Source: the human T2T-CHM13v2.0 reference genome, Homo sapiens. From it: a stretch of DNA of 64,000 bases. A program made the translations under genes and the position numbers. The stretch lies in NCBI RefSeq assembly GCF_009914755.1, contig NC_060944.1; one strand, given 5' to 3'. This document shows positions 27,030 through 43,121 of the stretch, one piece after another (the stretch's first letter is position 1; each line of letters begins with the position of its first letter). The notes beneath the pieces were generated by a model, which saw only the letters and a list, made by a program, of their open reading frames with translations, was not told where the DNA came from and searched no databases.

Positions 27030-27420
27030 AAGCTGTTCATTAAAGCCCTTTTTACAATAGTAAAATATTGCAACAATCTAAATATCCAATATTAAAGGGA
27101 CGCTTGAGCAAATTACAATATAACCTTTGAAAATAATGTTCATAAGAATATGTAATGATATTGGAAATGTTCGCCATAATGTTGTTTTTCAAAAAACTAG
27201 AAAACAACACAGTGGCAAAGGCATGACTCTGTTGTTTTAGCCCTTATATTAAATGTATAAAAAGCTCTGGAAGAAGACACCTTGTTTATCATCATTTAGC
27301 TCCTGGTTTGGGGACGGCAAGTAGTTTTATTTTTATTCTTTGAACTCTTGGTTTTGCCAAACTGTGTTCAATATACATAAAATTCTATAATCTGATAAGT
27401 ATGTCTTTAAAATGCAATTT
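27030..27420 (+). mobile_element. old L1 (L1ME-like) 3' fragment
   Basis: caacaatctaaatatccaatatt...; A-rich L1ME pattern. Confidence 0.55.
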
Positions 27421-28007
27421 ATCCTTGTTTTCTATTTTTTCTTCTATTGTTCTATTTTATTCATTCTTTTCTTATAAGTAAGTTGTCCATAAGTGAACAC
27501 TTCAAAAGCAACAATTCCATCCCCTGGATTCAAGGAAGAATCCTATGCATAATCCTTCACATGCATCATGACCCAGATTATACTGGTGTTTAGAAGGGTG
27601 AAGCAGTGGTCCTTTGAGTGTTCAGACCCAGTTCCCAAGGAGCACAGATACACCTGAATCCCATCTTGGGTTGCAAGCCCTGTTGAGTAAAAAGAAACCT
27701 TCTGGTTTCAACATTCATCCTTTTTATGATTATTGCCAAAAAATTTTTAACAAACATTAATATAATGCATAACATCCCAGTACCACTTGTGATGTGTTTA
27801 ATAAATTCTGTGTGGTTTTTACATAGCCCTGAGAGGTAAGCAATGAGTCAGGAGTTTCCTCCAAGCACCTGTTAAGTGGCATCATATAAATAGCAATGTC
27901 AGGAAATCAGGTACCAGAAGAACCAGGCTTGAGTCTCCAGCAAGGCCACATGGGAGCTGACTGACCCTGGTTAAGTCCCTGAAACCCTCGGGCTTAGCAA
28001 CTTTATT

Positions 28008-28147
28008 CTTTTGGTTTTTGTTGTTGGTTTTTGTTTCAGTGGTGTGATCATAGCTCACTGTAGCCTCATACTCCTGGGCTCAAGCTTTCCTCCCAACTTG
28101 GCCTCCCATAGTGCTGGGATTATAGGTGTGAGATACCAGACCCGTCC
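28008..28147 (-). mobile_element. internally deleted AluJ / monomer inside a MIR
   Basis: gatcatagctcactgtagcctc...ctcctgggctcaagc joined to ttggcctccc...gtgctgggatta. Confidence 0.8.
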
Positions 28148-28278
28148 AGCACCCTGATTCTTAAACCAGGAGTAGTAACCACACTTTCAACACCCACAAT
28201 AGAATTACGAGGATCTAATGAAAATCACAAACTATATCAAATATATAAAGGGTGTTCTGCCATGATGGCCAATTATAA

Positions 28279-28612
<334 letters not shown>

Positions 28613-28859
28613 CAGATTCAGATTTTTAAAAAACATTGTTATCTTGGAAATTGGTTATCTACTTCTGTACTGGAGGAAGACAGTGTGTGCATGTTGCTGC
28701 ACGTGTGTGTGTCCATAGATCCTTGTTTCATTCAGCTGTGCAGCAACAGGGGTCAAGTCTACATGAAAACGACTGACATATTCTTCCAGCCACTGCCAGT
28801 CTTACTGCTTCCTTCAATCAAGCTTTTTGGTTTTCCATAAACATTTTTCATGTTTTGCA

Positions 28860-29690
28860 TAGGTATTTTAAGTAAATTTTTGTATTGAAATTTTGTATTA
28901 ATATATGTAAATATACATACAGAAAAATGTACAAATCACAAATAGATTGCTGAGTAAATTTTCACAAACACACTTCGATAACTGCCAGCCAGGTCAAGAA
29001 ATAACATGCTACCAACATCGCAGAAGCTCCCTTCATTGTTCTTTCCAGTCCACATCTCCCGGCTCCTTCTCCCAGGATAATTGCTGTCTTGACTTCTATC
29101 ACTGTAGATGAGTATTGCCTGTTTTTGAAATGCTCATTAATGGTATCATACGCTATGTTGTTACCTGTGTCTGGCACTTTTATACCCAAAGTTGACTGAG
29201 ATTCACCCATTTCATTGCAAGAAGTAGTTCATTATTCATTATCTTTGCTGGATGGTATTTCTTTGCATAAAATATATCACAATTTATCCATTCTACTATG
29301 GGCTTTGGGGTTGTTTCCAGTCTTTGGTTCTTACAAATGCTGCTGAGAACATTTGTGTACATGCCCATGAGTAAATATGTTTACCCACTTCGGCTAGCTA
29401 TACCTCTAAGAATGAGATAATGCTTCATAAATTATGCATATATCTAGCTTATTAGATCTGCCAAATTTATCCTTCCAGTAGCGATGTATGAGAGTTTCAG
29501 TTGCTCCACATCCTTACCAACACAGGCATTTTGTCTGTATCAGTTAATGAATCTGGTGGATGCATACTGAAATATCAGTGTAGTTTTTATTTGCATTTCC
29601 TGGTGACTAATGAGATTCAGCACCTGTGCATATGCTTAGTGTCCATTTGAATATCCTCCCTGGTAAAATGCCTCTTCACATCTCTTGATA
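28860..29690 (-). mobile_element. old L1 (L1M) 3' region
   Basis: antisense L1 motifs: tgtatgagagtttcagttgctccacatccttaccaacac, ttttatttgcatttcctggtgactaatgag. Confidence 0.85.
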
Positions 29691-29899
29691 CAATGCTTTC
29701 TTTTTTTAGAGACAATTCTTGATTTATTCATGCCAAGACAAGAAGGAGTGGCAGAGAAAATAAAAAATAATAGGTGTTTCGAAAAAATATTTTAAATTTG
29801 TCTTTGGATTTTGGTTTTGATGCTAAACTTGAGTAGGAATTTCCTTGAATTTTTCAAATTCATAATAATGCCATCCATAGAGAAGCTAGAAAAATACTA

Positions 29900-30350
29900 A
29901 TGAAAGCTGTCATTTACCGAGTCATCTCACATAAAGTGTTCTATGAGGACACTGAGGTTCAGAGAGGTTGAATAACTTGCCCAACACTGAACAGCTACTA
30001 AGTGGCTGAACCAAAATTCAAACTCTGTCTGGGGACTCCAAAACCCAGGCTCTTGATCACCTAGCTATTCCTCAGCATTATAGGATTCTAGTCCCCGGCT
30101 TCAGCATGCTTTAGAATCCCCGGGAGGATCCCATCCTCAGGGTTCCTGATTCAGTAGGGCTGCGGTTAGGCCTGGGAATTTGCATTTCTAACAAGTTCCC
30201 AGGTGATTCCCAGGATGCCAGCCCAGGGACCACACTATGAAAACCACTGTTCTGAAAGGTGGCAATCAGGTCTCACTTATCTCTGTATCCAAAGGCCCCA
30301 GTCCAGTGCCTGGCAGGTATCAGACATATAAATGATTGATTACTAAATGA
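29900..30350. mobile_element. MIR (-), MER5A (about 30090-30250) and L2 3' end (+)
   Basis: actgaggttcagagaggttgaataacttgccc; atttgcatttctaacaagttcccaggtgat; cagtgcctggca. Confidence 0.8.
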
Positions 30351-30487
30351 TTCCTACTCCCTCTTGGTCCTCTGTCTGGCACACAGAGCCATGCCGCTGT
30401 GACAGCTGTCAGCTAATGTGAGTGAAACCCCTCTCAGTCCTAGAAAGGCCTGTCCACAAACATGAAGAGAGCAAGAAACTCCACTTA

Positions 30488-31259
<772 letters not shown>

Positions 31260-31389
31260 TAAACAAGGGGTGGATAAATCAACACAAGGGGAAGAGTAAA
31301 ACTGTTCCCTGGCCTGGTTGACTGCATTTGAGCAAACATGCCCATGACCTATCTCACTTGAAACACTTTCCACACTAGGTCTTTTAGAA

Positions 31390-31800
31390 TGCATGTTGTG
31401 GCAGAAACTGTCAGTCATCTCCTCGAATCTACTCTTTCCTTTCTTATTGAGTGACAAGCACCATGACTACTTTCTGAGCCATAAGATACAAGCAGAGTTA
31501 GATCTTCCAGGGAGTCCTCTTAAAAGAGAGAGAACACGCCCTTTTCTATGTCTTCCTGCTGCTAGAACTCAAGTAGCCACCTTGGGCCATGAGGTTCAGG
31601 GCCACAACCCCTCTGAATGGTAGATGAGAAAACTGGAAAGAGCCTGGGACCCTTTCAACTGTAAAGTGCCACAAGACCAGCTGCATTGCCTCTTCTGTGA
31701 CAAGTTTTACAAGAGGCAGAAATCAATTTTTATCTTGTTTAAACTACTGTTAATTTGAAACTTCTCTTTAATGCAGCTGGACATTATCCTAACTAGTACC
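31390..31800 (+). mobile_element. MaLR LTR (MLT1J-like)
   Basis: tgtggcagaaactg...tatcttgtttaaactactgttaatt...tcctaactagtac. Confidence 0.7.
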
Positions 31801-31839
31801 TACAGGCACTATGACCCAGCTGAAAGACCACCAGATGAG

Positions 31840-32010
31840 ATTTAGCCTTCCTCTTTTGTAGTATATCTTAAGGCAAGTCACTTCAGTTCCTGAGGCTCGG
31901 TTTCCCCATCTGTAAAAAAGGAAGAAAAATGTGTGTTGCCATTGATTCGAAAGGCTTTTGTGAGACACAAATATTACCTTGTTCAGACATGCTTTATGAA
32001 ATACAGAGCC
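31840..32010 (+). mobile_element. MIR
   Basis: ggcaagtcacttc...gtttccccatctgtaaaa. Confidence 0.7.
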
Positions 32011-32689
32011 CTATGAAATTGTGAAGGACTTTTATTTCCGACAAACAAAGGAATTTTTAAAAGAGAAAATGAAGTAGGACAAGGCCTTTTATAAGAAGTC
32101 TTTTCTAATTAAGGAGAAAGGACTGAACTGGACCAACAGCTTCTCTGCTCATCTCTGCCAAGTCTCCTCTCCCAATTCCATCCAGGTCATTCTTTATTTT
32201 CCAAATGGGAATTTAATTTTGCTCTAACACCATTATTACATCCAAATTAAATATTTATTGGGCTGACTATCAATTGACTTTTAGAAATAAAGATTTGAAA
32301 TTTATGAGCTAACAGAGTAATTCGATAATTGTAAATTTCACAACCGAGCTTTGTAATCAATTACTGTTTAGTAATGATATAAATGCATGTTCTTCTCAGG
32401 AGACCCCAGTCAACTATAAATTAGATTCTGCACACATAACAATCTGGCAACATCTCCACACTGGCTTTGTCTCTTCTCGGGAGGAACCAAGGCCAGGAAA
32501 TAATCCCGGGCTGGCTTTCCCTGGCTGTGCATTTGGACCCCAGTTCACCCATCAGTCAGGCTGTGCTGAGACTAGACTTAATGAGTAGTCACACAAAACA
32601 TAATTCAGAAGATAAATCACCTGCACATAAAACCTCACAATCCAGCTCAAAGAGACGCTGTACAATGGGTAGGTAACAGAGACAATCTT

Positions 32690-32950
32690 TCACGCATTCA
32701 ACGATCCAACAGATAGCTACTGAGTGCCTACTATGTGCCAGGCACCTTTCTACATCCGTGTAGAAAACAAAGATACAGTCACCCTCCTAGAGGATGAGAA
32801 TAGGGTGCAATGAACCATAAACAATACATGACAGAAATAAGCAAATTACACTGGGCTGACTTTAGGAAATAAAGATTTGAAGTTCATGAGCAAACGTGGA
32901 GTGTGAAAAGACTGGAGTGTTAGAAAGTCATAAATGCTATGGAAAGAAAC
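32690..32950 (-). mobile_element. L2 3' fragment
   Basis: cattcaac...tactgagtgcctactatgtgccaggcac. Confidence 0.8.
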
Positions 32951-33025
32951 AGATTTTTGAGATAAGCATTGTCCTAATTTTATGAATAAGGAAATTAGAG
33001 CTCAAAGATCAAACTTAGAAACTAA

Positions 33026-33361
<336 letters not shown>

Positions 33362-34110
33362 TGACCTTCCTGGTGCCAAATTCCACCCTCTTTCTACCAC
33401 CCACACTGAATGAATGAATACCTGTACACAAGCACTTTTGACCTCATTTCTCACTGACTGCACAATAGAAAAATCCCTGTTAATAAGCTCCCCCCATGTA
33501 AGAGACTCTCAAACTCAGAAAATAAAGCTAAGACTAAAGAAATGCTCTATAGCTAGACTGGACGTTAGCATCTATAAGCATCCAACTTGCTTAAATCTAG
33601 ACTTGGCTTGAGCAAAACTTGTATTTTAATTTTGATGTGATAAATGCTAGCATTATTTTCACTATGAAAAAATGTTCAAGCAATTGTGTGTATTACTGTT
33701 CATTTGAAACCCATTCTTTGTCTTTGCAGGACTGGCCAACTATAAGAGAATGCATTCTAAATTGAGTTTCTATTAGAAGTAAGCATGGTCAAAGGGGATT
33801 CTGAAGCCCTCAGGGAGACCTCTGTCATAATCCACAGATTCTGGTAATTGATTAGAGAGCTTTTAAGTGAACTTGCTGATTACATTTTGAATTCTTTTAT
33901 ATTAATTATTAAAGGCGAATTATGTTGTTGAAAAGGAAAGCCACAGAAAGATGGTAATTTAATCAAATAGGTTAGAGAGGCATTCTGGATAAGGTAATTG
34001 ATTTTAAAAGTGAAAGGCATTTGGGAGAAGGTTTGTCAAAAATGGATTTAAACAACTGAAAACTGTGTACCCAATCACTGTTTGTGTATTGCTTAAAGAT
34101 GAAAAGAAAG

Positions 34111-34437
<327 letters not shown>

Positions 34438-35184
34438 TCATTGAGAATTTGGTAGGACCTGTCCAAATAAGAAGAAAAGGAAGTTTTGTTATACTTGTAA
34501 AATGCACTTGCCCACTGTTATAGTCAATGCCTGACTGAACAATCCCTGCACTGCTATCTCTTTATAATTTTCAGTGGATGAGTTCACACAAGAAAAGATT
34601 TCACCTGAACTCTGTAGTTTTCTTCAACTGTCCCTTTTCAACAAAGATGCTAAGACTTCCCAAAGATACAAAAAGATGTTACAAAGGTCAGAGCCCAGGC
34701 TTGAAAATTACTATATTATTTAAAGATTGAAAAATAAAATTTTGTTCTCTTGAGAATGACACCACCCCCTCCAGCCCCAATATCCCTTTCAGTCTCTCCG
34801 CAGGAGACGAGGCCACCTTGTGATAGTAATAGTAATAGTGGTAGCAGGAAGAGCAGGAACACTGCACACAGTGGTGGTGCTTCCCAGGAGTAGTAAACAT
34901 CCATAGAGTGCTTCTTCTCAACCTGGGTCCCAGAATCATCCCTTGAAGGACATCTGCCCAGAAGCAACATCGAAACGGAATCAACTGCATTGGATTCTGC
35001 GTGAACAAGAAATAGACTTACGATTATTATTTCCAATTCTTCTTTTCATTGCCACAGGAAATGGAAATAAGGCAAGGGTGAAATATTTGTGGGGCAGATT
35101 TACTTATGATTGTAAGCTATTTTTCCCTTCTTTGGATTCCTCCTAATCCCTAAACAAGAAAAAAAATGCAACTCTAAACATGGC

Positions 35185-35488
<304 letters not shown>

Positions 35489-36889
35489 TCAGAAAACACA
35501 GCCAGGAAACATCACCACCCTAATGCACCTGCTAACATTAATAAGAGCCAGAGAAGCCCGGAGGTTCAATAACTCCCAGCAAGCTCCTTGGCCATCCTCT
35601 AGCCATGTTCCTGCAGCCACAAACACCAGCCAGAAAAGGAGATGCAACAGAAAGCCCAGGCCATCACACTGAGGCACAACTCAGTGCAGACGCAGCTTCT
35701 TATGGCCAACCTGGGCCCAGAGGGATGTAAAAGAGCCCAGGTTGGTGAGTCATGGACATGTCCTTCTCCACCTGGGCATTCCAAAGAGAAACTCTTTTTG
35801 GAAGGAATTTGCAAAAAGAAAAGTAGGAGGGTATAGTTTCTACAATAAGAGAGCCTAGGGCCTTGCTGTTTCTGATGGTGGGTGAAGCCCATTCCTTCCA
35901 TGCTAGACTTAGGCTAACCTCTACCTTTCACTTGGTTTTGATGCATGGCATTTTGATTGAGCGATTTTCCCAATTTTCTTCCCATAGCTGCAAATCTGGA
36001 TACTTGGAGATACTGCTAGTTCTTTGATGGTGACAACTGCCATGGAATAATAAGAGCTTAACAAAAAGCTACTCTTTCCATAGTAGCGGTTATGGCTTTG
36101 ATTGGAGTGATACTCCAACCATGAGCATGGGAAGGCAGGGTTAGTTAGATGTAACTTACAGGAAGAAGACAAAGATACCCACTGTAAGAGTGGTGAGAAG
36201 CAGAGCAAGTCTGCATGAAGTAAACATGTTAGAGGCAGATGAAGCCAGCCCAAGGCCCCCATTTGGACAACTGGGAGATGTTCAGTTGAACACTTACGGA
36301 CATAAAAAAGGACAAACAGATACAAAGAAACGTCAGAAAATTTTTAATAAGGGAAGATGAATAAATGACCAATTGTTGACTGATCTGCACTCAGTCTTGT
36401 CTTGGACCAATTGCTACATCTATCCTATCTCATATTACAAAACGCAGAACTCTGAAAGGTTCAAGTCCCTACGACAAATAAGCAATTTGTTGCTCTTGAC
36501 AGTCTTGGAGTTACCAACCCATTCTTTTGGCCTGCCCCAGCACAACCACTATGGGGGCCCCAAAATAGTCAGGTGAAAAGGACAGAAGGCAGAACAGCAC
36601 TTCCACTGGGTAGGTCACCAAATGAGAAAGTTCCAGCAATGAGAAGAGGTTTCCTAATATCAAGAAGGGATGCAGAGATGCACCAGTCTCCCCATTATTA
36701 CCACTGCTCCTGGCCGAATGGACTTGGGCTTTAGGACTACAGAGGTGCCAAACCCTTGGCTTCACTGGCCTTCAGCACATTTGAAAGACAACAAAAAATC
36801 AGACAGCAGGCTACCAGCTGTTAGCCCACTCTGTCTGGCTGGGTTTCAAAGTTAGGAGGTCATCTGTATCCTTCTCCCACAGCTGCCCA

Positions 36890-37170
36890 CACTGTAAGCT
36901 GAGGGAAGATGCCCCAAGTCATTCTCAAACTATACCTATCACCCTTCATCACAATTTTAAAGTTATATTTATTCGTACATATAAAGTTATACACACATAT
37001 ATGTATACAGTACATGCATGCGTGTGTATATATGTTTTCTATCCATCTGGCCTACAAAGCTATAAGCTCCTTGAAGGTCCTGCATGAGGGTCCTGCTTGT
37101 TTTCTTGTTGTATTCACTCTCATCTAGCCCTAACCCTCACCAGGTCATTCATAAATTAGTTCAGTTAATG
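36890..37170 (+). mobile_element. L2 3' fragment
   Basis: ctataagctccttgaagg...tgtattcact. Confidence 0.5.
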
Positions 37171-37541
37171 ACTGGACCTTTAGTTTTAGAGCCTGACTCT
37201 GCCCAAGGGGGTGTAGGGGGCATAGAGGCCGAGGTATAAATGGCTTCCCCAGCATTTCAAGTAGGCTCTAACCATCACTGTAAGAGGAAGGAGGCAGAGT
37301 CCTGATCCCATATGTCAGGACCACCGCCTGTGATCCTTCACAGTGTGCCCTGCAAAGGAGCACCAAGCCACGAGGACAAGAGTCGAATTGACAGGCCCCT
37401 CTCCCCACATTTAGCTACCAGGGGCTGCATCTGTGAAGAGGGAGTACTTTTTTCCAGTTTGTGCACATCGCGTGGCTAGTGAGCTCTGCCTGCCACACCC
37501 TTTCTGAGCCCACAATTTTTATACTCTGATGAAAAAAGTGA

Positions 37542-37959
<418 letters not shown>

Positions 37960-39599
37960 CAAAGAGTTCTTTTCGGGAGATTTTGTAACACAGAATCAAG
38001 AATTCACAGAGAGACCTAGAACTAAAGAGGCAGGAGACACAAGGAAAGAATTTAAGCCAAAACAACTAAGTTGATCTACGTAACAAAAACTATACAAGTG
38101 GGTAAGAGCAGGAAGAAAAAAAGAAAAGAATGTTGTGAAAATATATATTTGGATTCCCATTGATAGTCTTGATGATGTGAGTGGATAAGTGAATGCCCTC
38201 TTCATTTGTTTGTGCTCCTAAAACACAACTGTCATTCAGAGACTGAACCACATGGGTTTATGGGTTTATAAGTGTTATCTTTTATTGAGATGGAAGGAGG
38301 CAAATCCCAGAAAATTAGACAGACACTGGGGAAAAGTAGAAAACACTGGAACATATTGTCTTTTCCCTTACCCCACCCCCTACCCCCAGAATAAAGTGCA
38401 CCAGGTAGGAGCAGAAATAAAAAGAAGCCAATATTTATTGGTACCCCCTGGTACCAATTCAAGGGGAACTGTTTAAAGGCCAAACCCATGACCTACACAA
38501 CAGCCACAGGATTCAAGAGAACATTCACCTACCACACTCACGAACAATGCAATTGCCTCGTTTCTCAATAAACATGACTTCTGAATAGATTCAATCCTGT
38601 TCACAGAAGAATAAAGAAAAAAAGGAACTTATTTTTTACATATTGAAAAAAAATTGGGGTGGAGAACTGCATGAAGATACCCTGCAGGTATATGCCTCTG
38701 AAAATAATCTACAGAATCCAGAAGAAAATTTCAAAAATCTGTTCGTCATGCTGAAAAAGAGGCCAAGGGCTCTGAGAGTCAGTGCAGAGAGTCACTGGGA
38801 GACATAAGGCAAACACGAAAATGTAACAAGATTTGGTGAAATAAGGAAGGATTTTCAAAAAAAAAAAAAAAAGGAAAAAGTATGTATGGTACTAAAAGCA
38901 ATATCTTTTTAAAAAATCAATGAAACGGAATAAAGCTCAGAAACAAGCCAAAGTATAACAAGATCAAGTCTTCAGCAACTGGTGCAGAGACAGCTGGCTA
39001 AGCATCTAAATACAAATGAAGTCAGGATCTCCACCTGACGCCTACAACAGTTTGACCATGTGTCACCAGTCTGCACCTATCAGGACGCAGGTAGAAACAC
39101 ATTAACAGTAGCAATTCAATAACACTGGCTTCTGTCCTATTGCTGATTTAGCACCTCCAGCCTCTAACAAGTACTCCCAAGTATGCCTGGGCATCCCCAG
39201 GAGGTGTTTCATACAACCACACATGCATCCACCCTCCACAGCTTCCCATCAGACTTGGTCCCCACACCACTGTGCTGAGCCCTGACACAGCTTCAGGGAA
39301 GCACAGGTGTCCTCGGATCCTTCCAAGGACAAGCTTCAAAGTCATTCATGCCAAAATTGGGAATCACACCTCCACTCTTGTCCCTGCTGGGTAATTCCAG
39401 GGCAGATCTGCTTTTTCCCAGTATGCAACAGACATTAGTAAAATGACTTTCATGCTGTTTTCACGTTTTGGAACTTTCAAATGTTTCTGTAATAATGATA
39501 TATTATTTCTATAATAATTTGAAAAATCTGACTTGACAGAAAATAAAACAGAATTTTCCTCGACCAAATTTGTTTTTAAAAAGTTACTTACTTACTTTC

Positions 39600-41300
39600 T
39601 ATTTCTTTTAAGTATCCTCTGTCTTGTCAAAGAATTATTCCTCAAAGAAACATTCAGGCCTAGATGGATTCATAGGTGATTTATTCAGACAAGCTTTTAT
39701 TTTTCAAACAAAGCCAGCATAATACTGATACCAGCATTTGACAAAGACCAGGAAAAAAGAGCTCAAAATCAAGTAACTTATGAACATAAACAAAAATCCT
39801 AATTAAGCACTTAGCAAATAGAAATTAGAAAAACATTTTTTAAAATAACGCATCATGCTTTAATAAGATTCATCCCCCAAACACAGGCTATCAAAATAAA
39901 CACCATATTAGTAAATTAAAGAGTAAACATTTTATAGTAAACTTAATAGATACCAAAAAAGCATATACTCATTCCTCATCTATGCCTGAGCTAATAAGAA
40001 AAAAAACACATCTTGATAAAATAGAACTCTTGCTTAACTCAATGAAAAATTTACACACACACACACACACAGTCACAACCATGCCACAAAATAATCAGCA
40101 CAGTACTTAAGGGAAAAATGCTAGAAGTGTTCCCATTAGAGAAAGGAAAAAAGCAAGAATGCCCATTATCACCATTGTTACTGAACATTGTACTCTGAGT
40201 GCTATTCAATGCAATTAGATAAGAACAAAATAATATAATGAAAAAGAGATAGTAAAACTATCTTTACATGTAGATCCTTGTATATTTGAAGAAGAACCAA
40301 CTAAAAAGCTTATAGAAAAACTAAGATTTCAGTAGGTGGATTTTAAAAAAACATAAGAAATCAATTGCTTTTTAAGCCAAGAATAGAAAAAATGGAAAAA
40401 GATATTTCTCAAAAGAGTAAAAACAAAACTAAATATTTAGGAATGAATTTTACAAAATCACCCGTAACCCTGGAGGGTTTTATCAGAGGACAAAAAGGAA
40501 CTACTGAATTCAGTGAATATGTTGTTCTTGGATACTCTGTAATATCCAATGTTGTGATACTGCAGACGTAATCCCAATCAAAAGTCTCAATTTATGAACC
40601 TTGACAATATGACTCCAAAGTTCATCTGGAAGAATAAACACAGCATGAAGAATCAGAAAAATCTAAAAATATGATTATTTTAAGGATTTGAGGAGACTTC
40701 TCCTGTAAAGAGTAAAACATAATGCTGTAATGCAGGAAGAGACAAGGAAATATAACCGAATAAAATAACCAAACTAGACACAGGCCAATATGGAAATTTA
40801 ATATAAGCTAGAAGAGGTATTTCAAATCTGTAAGGGGAATAGAGAGAATACAATAGATGATGTTAGGACAACTTGATAGTTATTTGCAAAACTTGGATAA
40901 AAGATTTAAAAGCTTTATATATAGTTTATATGATATAATATGACATATAATTATATATGAGTAAAGGAAAAGGTAAAGTGTTTTATCATCTTGGATTGGA
41001 TAATGCGGTTCTTAACGTGAAACCAAGTTGAGAAACCAATAACTACTTTGATTACATAAAAAATAAACTGGGCAGAAAGAGATAGCATAAATAGTTTAAA
41101 TACAGGTGCTTGCCTGGGGAAGAGGGGCGGACATCAACTGAAAGGGAGCTCAATGGGGGGTTCTGGAAATGTTCTATATCTTAATCTAGATGGTGGTTTC
41201 GTAGGTGTATACATGTGTAAAATTCGCTGAGCTGTACAGTTAAGATTTGTGCATTTATCATGCATAAACTATTCCTCAGTAAAAAAGAAAAAATAATAAA
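39600..41300 (+). mobile_element. old L1 (L1M) ORF2 and 3' fragments
   Basis: caggcctagatggattcatagg, agccagcataatactgatacc, caagaatgcccattatcacc, aaagttcatctggaag. Confidence 0.85.
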
Positions 41301-41506
41301 GAAAATAAATCATGCATTTATACTTCCTTTCCCATAAAGACTACATTTCAGGGTAAGAAAGACTTCGGACTGAGGGAAAATTCTTCTTCATGCAAGTTAC
41401 AGCTAAGAAAGACAAAAGGGATGAAAGAAATAGAAACTCGTTATTTTGCAATTCCTACTGAAGTAATCTGGACAATGTCAATGGTTGTTAAAAGCATTAG
41501 AGTGCT

Positions 41507-42010
<504 letters not shown>

Positions 42011-42288
42011 ATTAGAAAAAAGACTGATGTTGAAATTTATAATGGGTAAATCAGGCTGAAAACACCTGAACTTACGGATCAGTCTGAGCTTCGATTCCAC
42101 GGGACATGGAGGAACAGAGGGACATGATAAACACCACCATAAAGATATAGTCAGCCAAATCCAGTATGGGAAATCTACAGAACAAATAACCCAGAGTCTC
42201 CAACAAATAAACACAACAAAGAAAAGGAAGGGGGAGCCGTTATAGATCAGTTTAATTTATTTAGAAGTGAAAAGACAAATTTAGATAC

Positions 42289-42752
42289 TGACAAAGATTC
42301 TTTGCTTGGCCAAACTTTAGTCAGGCTTCTGAACCTTTTCCTTGGCCCATCTGTGTACTTCCTTGTAAAATCCAGCTGAAGAAAGAGTGCTGCTAGGTCA
42401 GTTTAGCAAGAACTTCCCACCTTTGCTCTCTGATCTCCCTCACTTGAAATCTGAAGTTTCTCGTCCTCCATCACCCTGGCGTGTCTTCAGGAAGAGTCCT
42501 CTTAGGTCAGTTTAGCCAGAATTCCCCTTACCCCTCATGTTTCTTCCTGGTAATTTTCTATCCACTGATCCCCACCCTGCTCCTTGGCTATAAATCTCCT
42601 CTTGCCCATGCTGTATTCGGAGTTGAGCCCAAGCTCTCTCCCCAACTGCAAGACCCCATTGCAGTAGTCCCTATACCCATCATGATGGCCCTGAATAAAA
42701 TCTGTCTTACTATGCTTTAACAAGTATCACTGAATTTTTTTCTTCTTTAACA
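42289..42752 (+). mobile_element. ERV1 solo LTR (MER31A-like)
   Basis: TG...CA; tgacaaagattctttgcttggccaaactttagtcagg; TATA-like ctataaat about 42589; aataaa about 42694. Confidence 0.8.
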
Positions 42753-42889
42753 GGGCTGATTCAAACTAGCTACCTATTTTCTAATTGGGAGGTTAAAGAA
42801 AATTTGGTGGTATTAATGAATTGTTGTCAGTTTTGTTGTCTGTGATAACAGAATGCTGTTTATCCTTTTTGACATCCTGATCTGTTAGA

Positions 42890-43121
42890 CTAAGGGTTTA
42901 TTAACCTCAGCACTGTTGACATTTGGGGCCAGACAATTCTTTGACGTAGAGGACTATCCAATGCCTTGTAGGGCACGTACCAGCATCCCTGGCCTCAACC
43001 TGTTCACGCCAGTAGCACCCACCGCCACCATTCCCAGCTGCAACCACCCAAACTGTCTCCAGATAATATCAAATGTCCCCTGGGGAGGGAGTGCAAAACT
43101 GCCCCCAGTTGAGAACCACTG
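42890..43121 (-). mobile_element. MER20
   Basis: aacctcagcactgttgacatttggggcc...gttgagaaccactg. Confidence 0.9.

Noticed and set aside
34890-34915. GTAAACATCC resembling mature miR-30
   Set aside because: Only 10 nt match, the 3' half differs from miR-30a-e, and no precursor hairpin is seen
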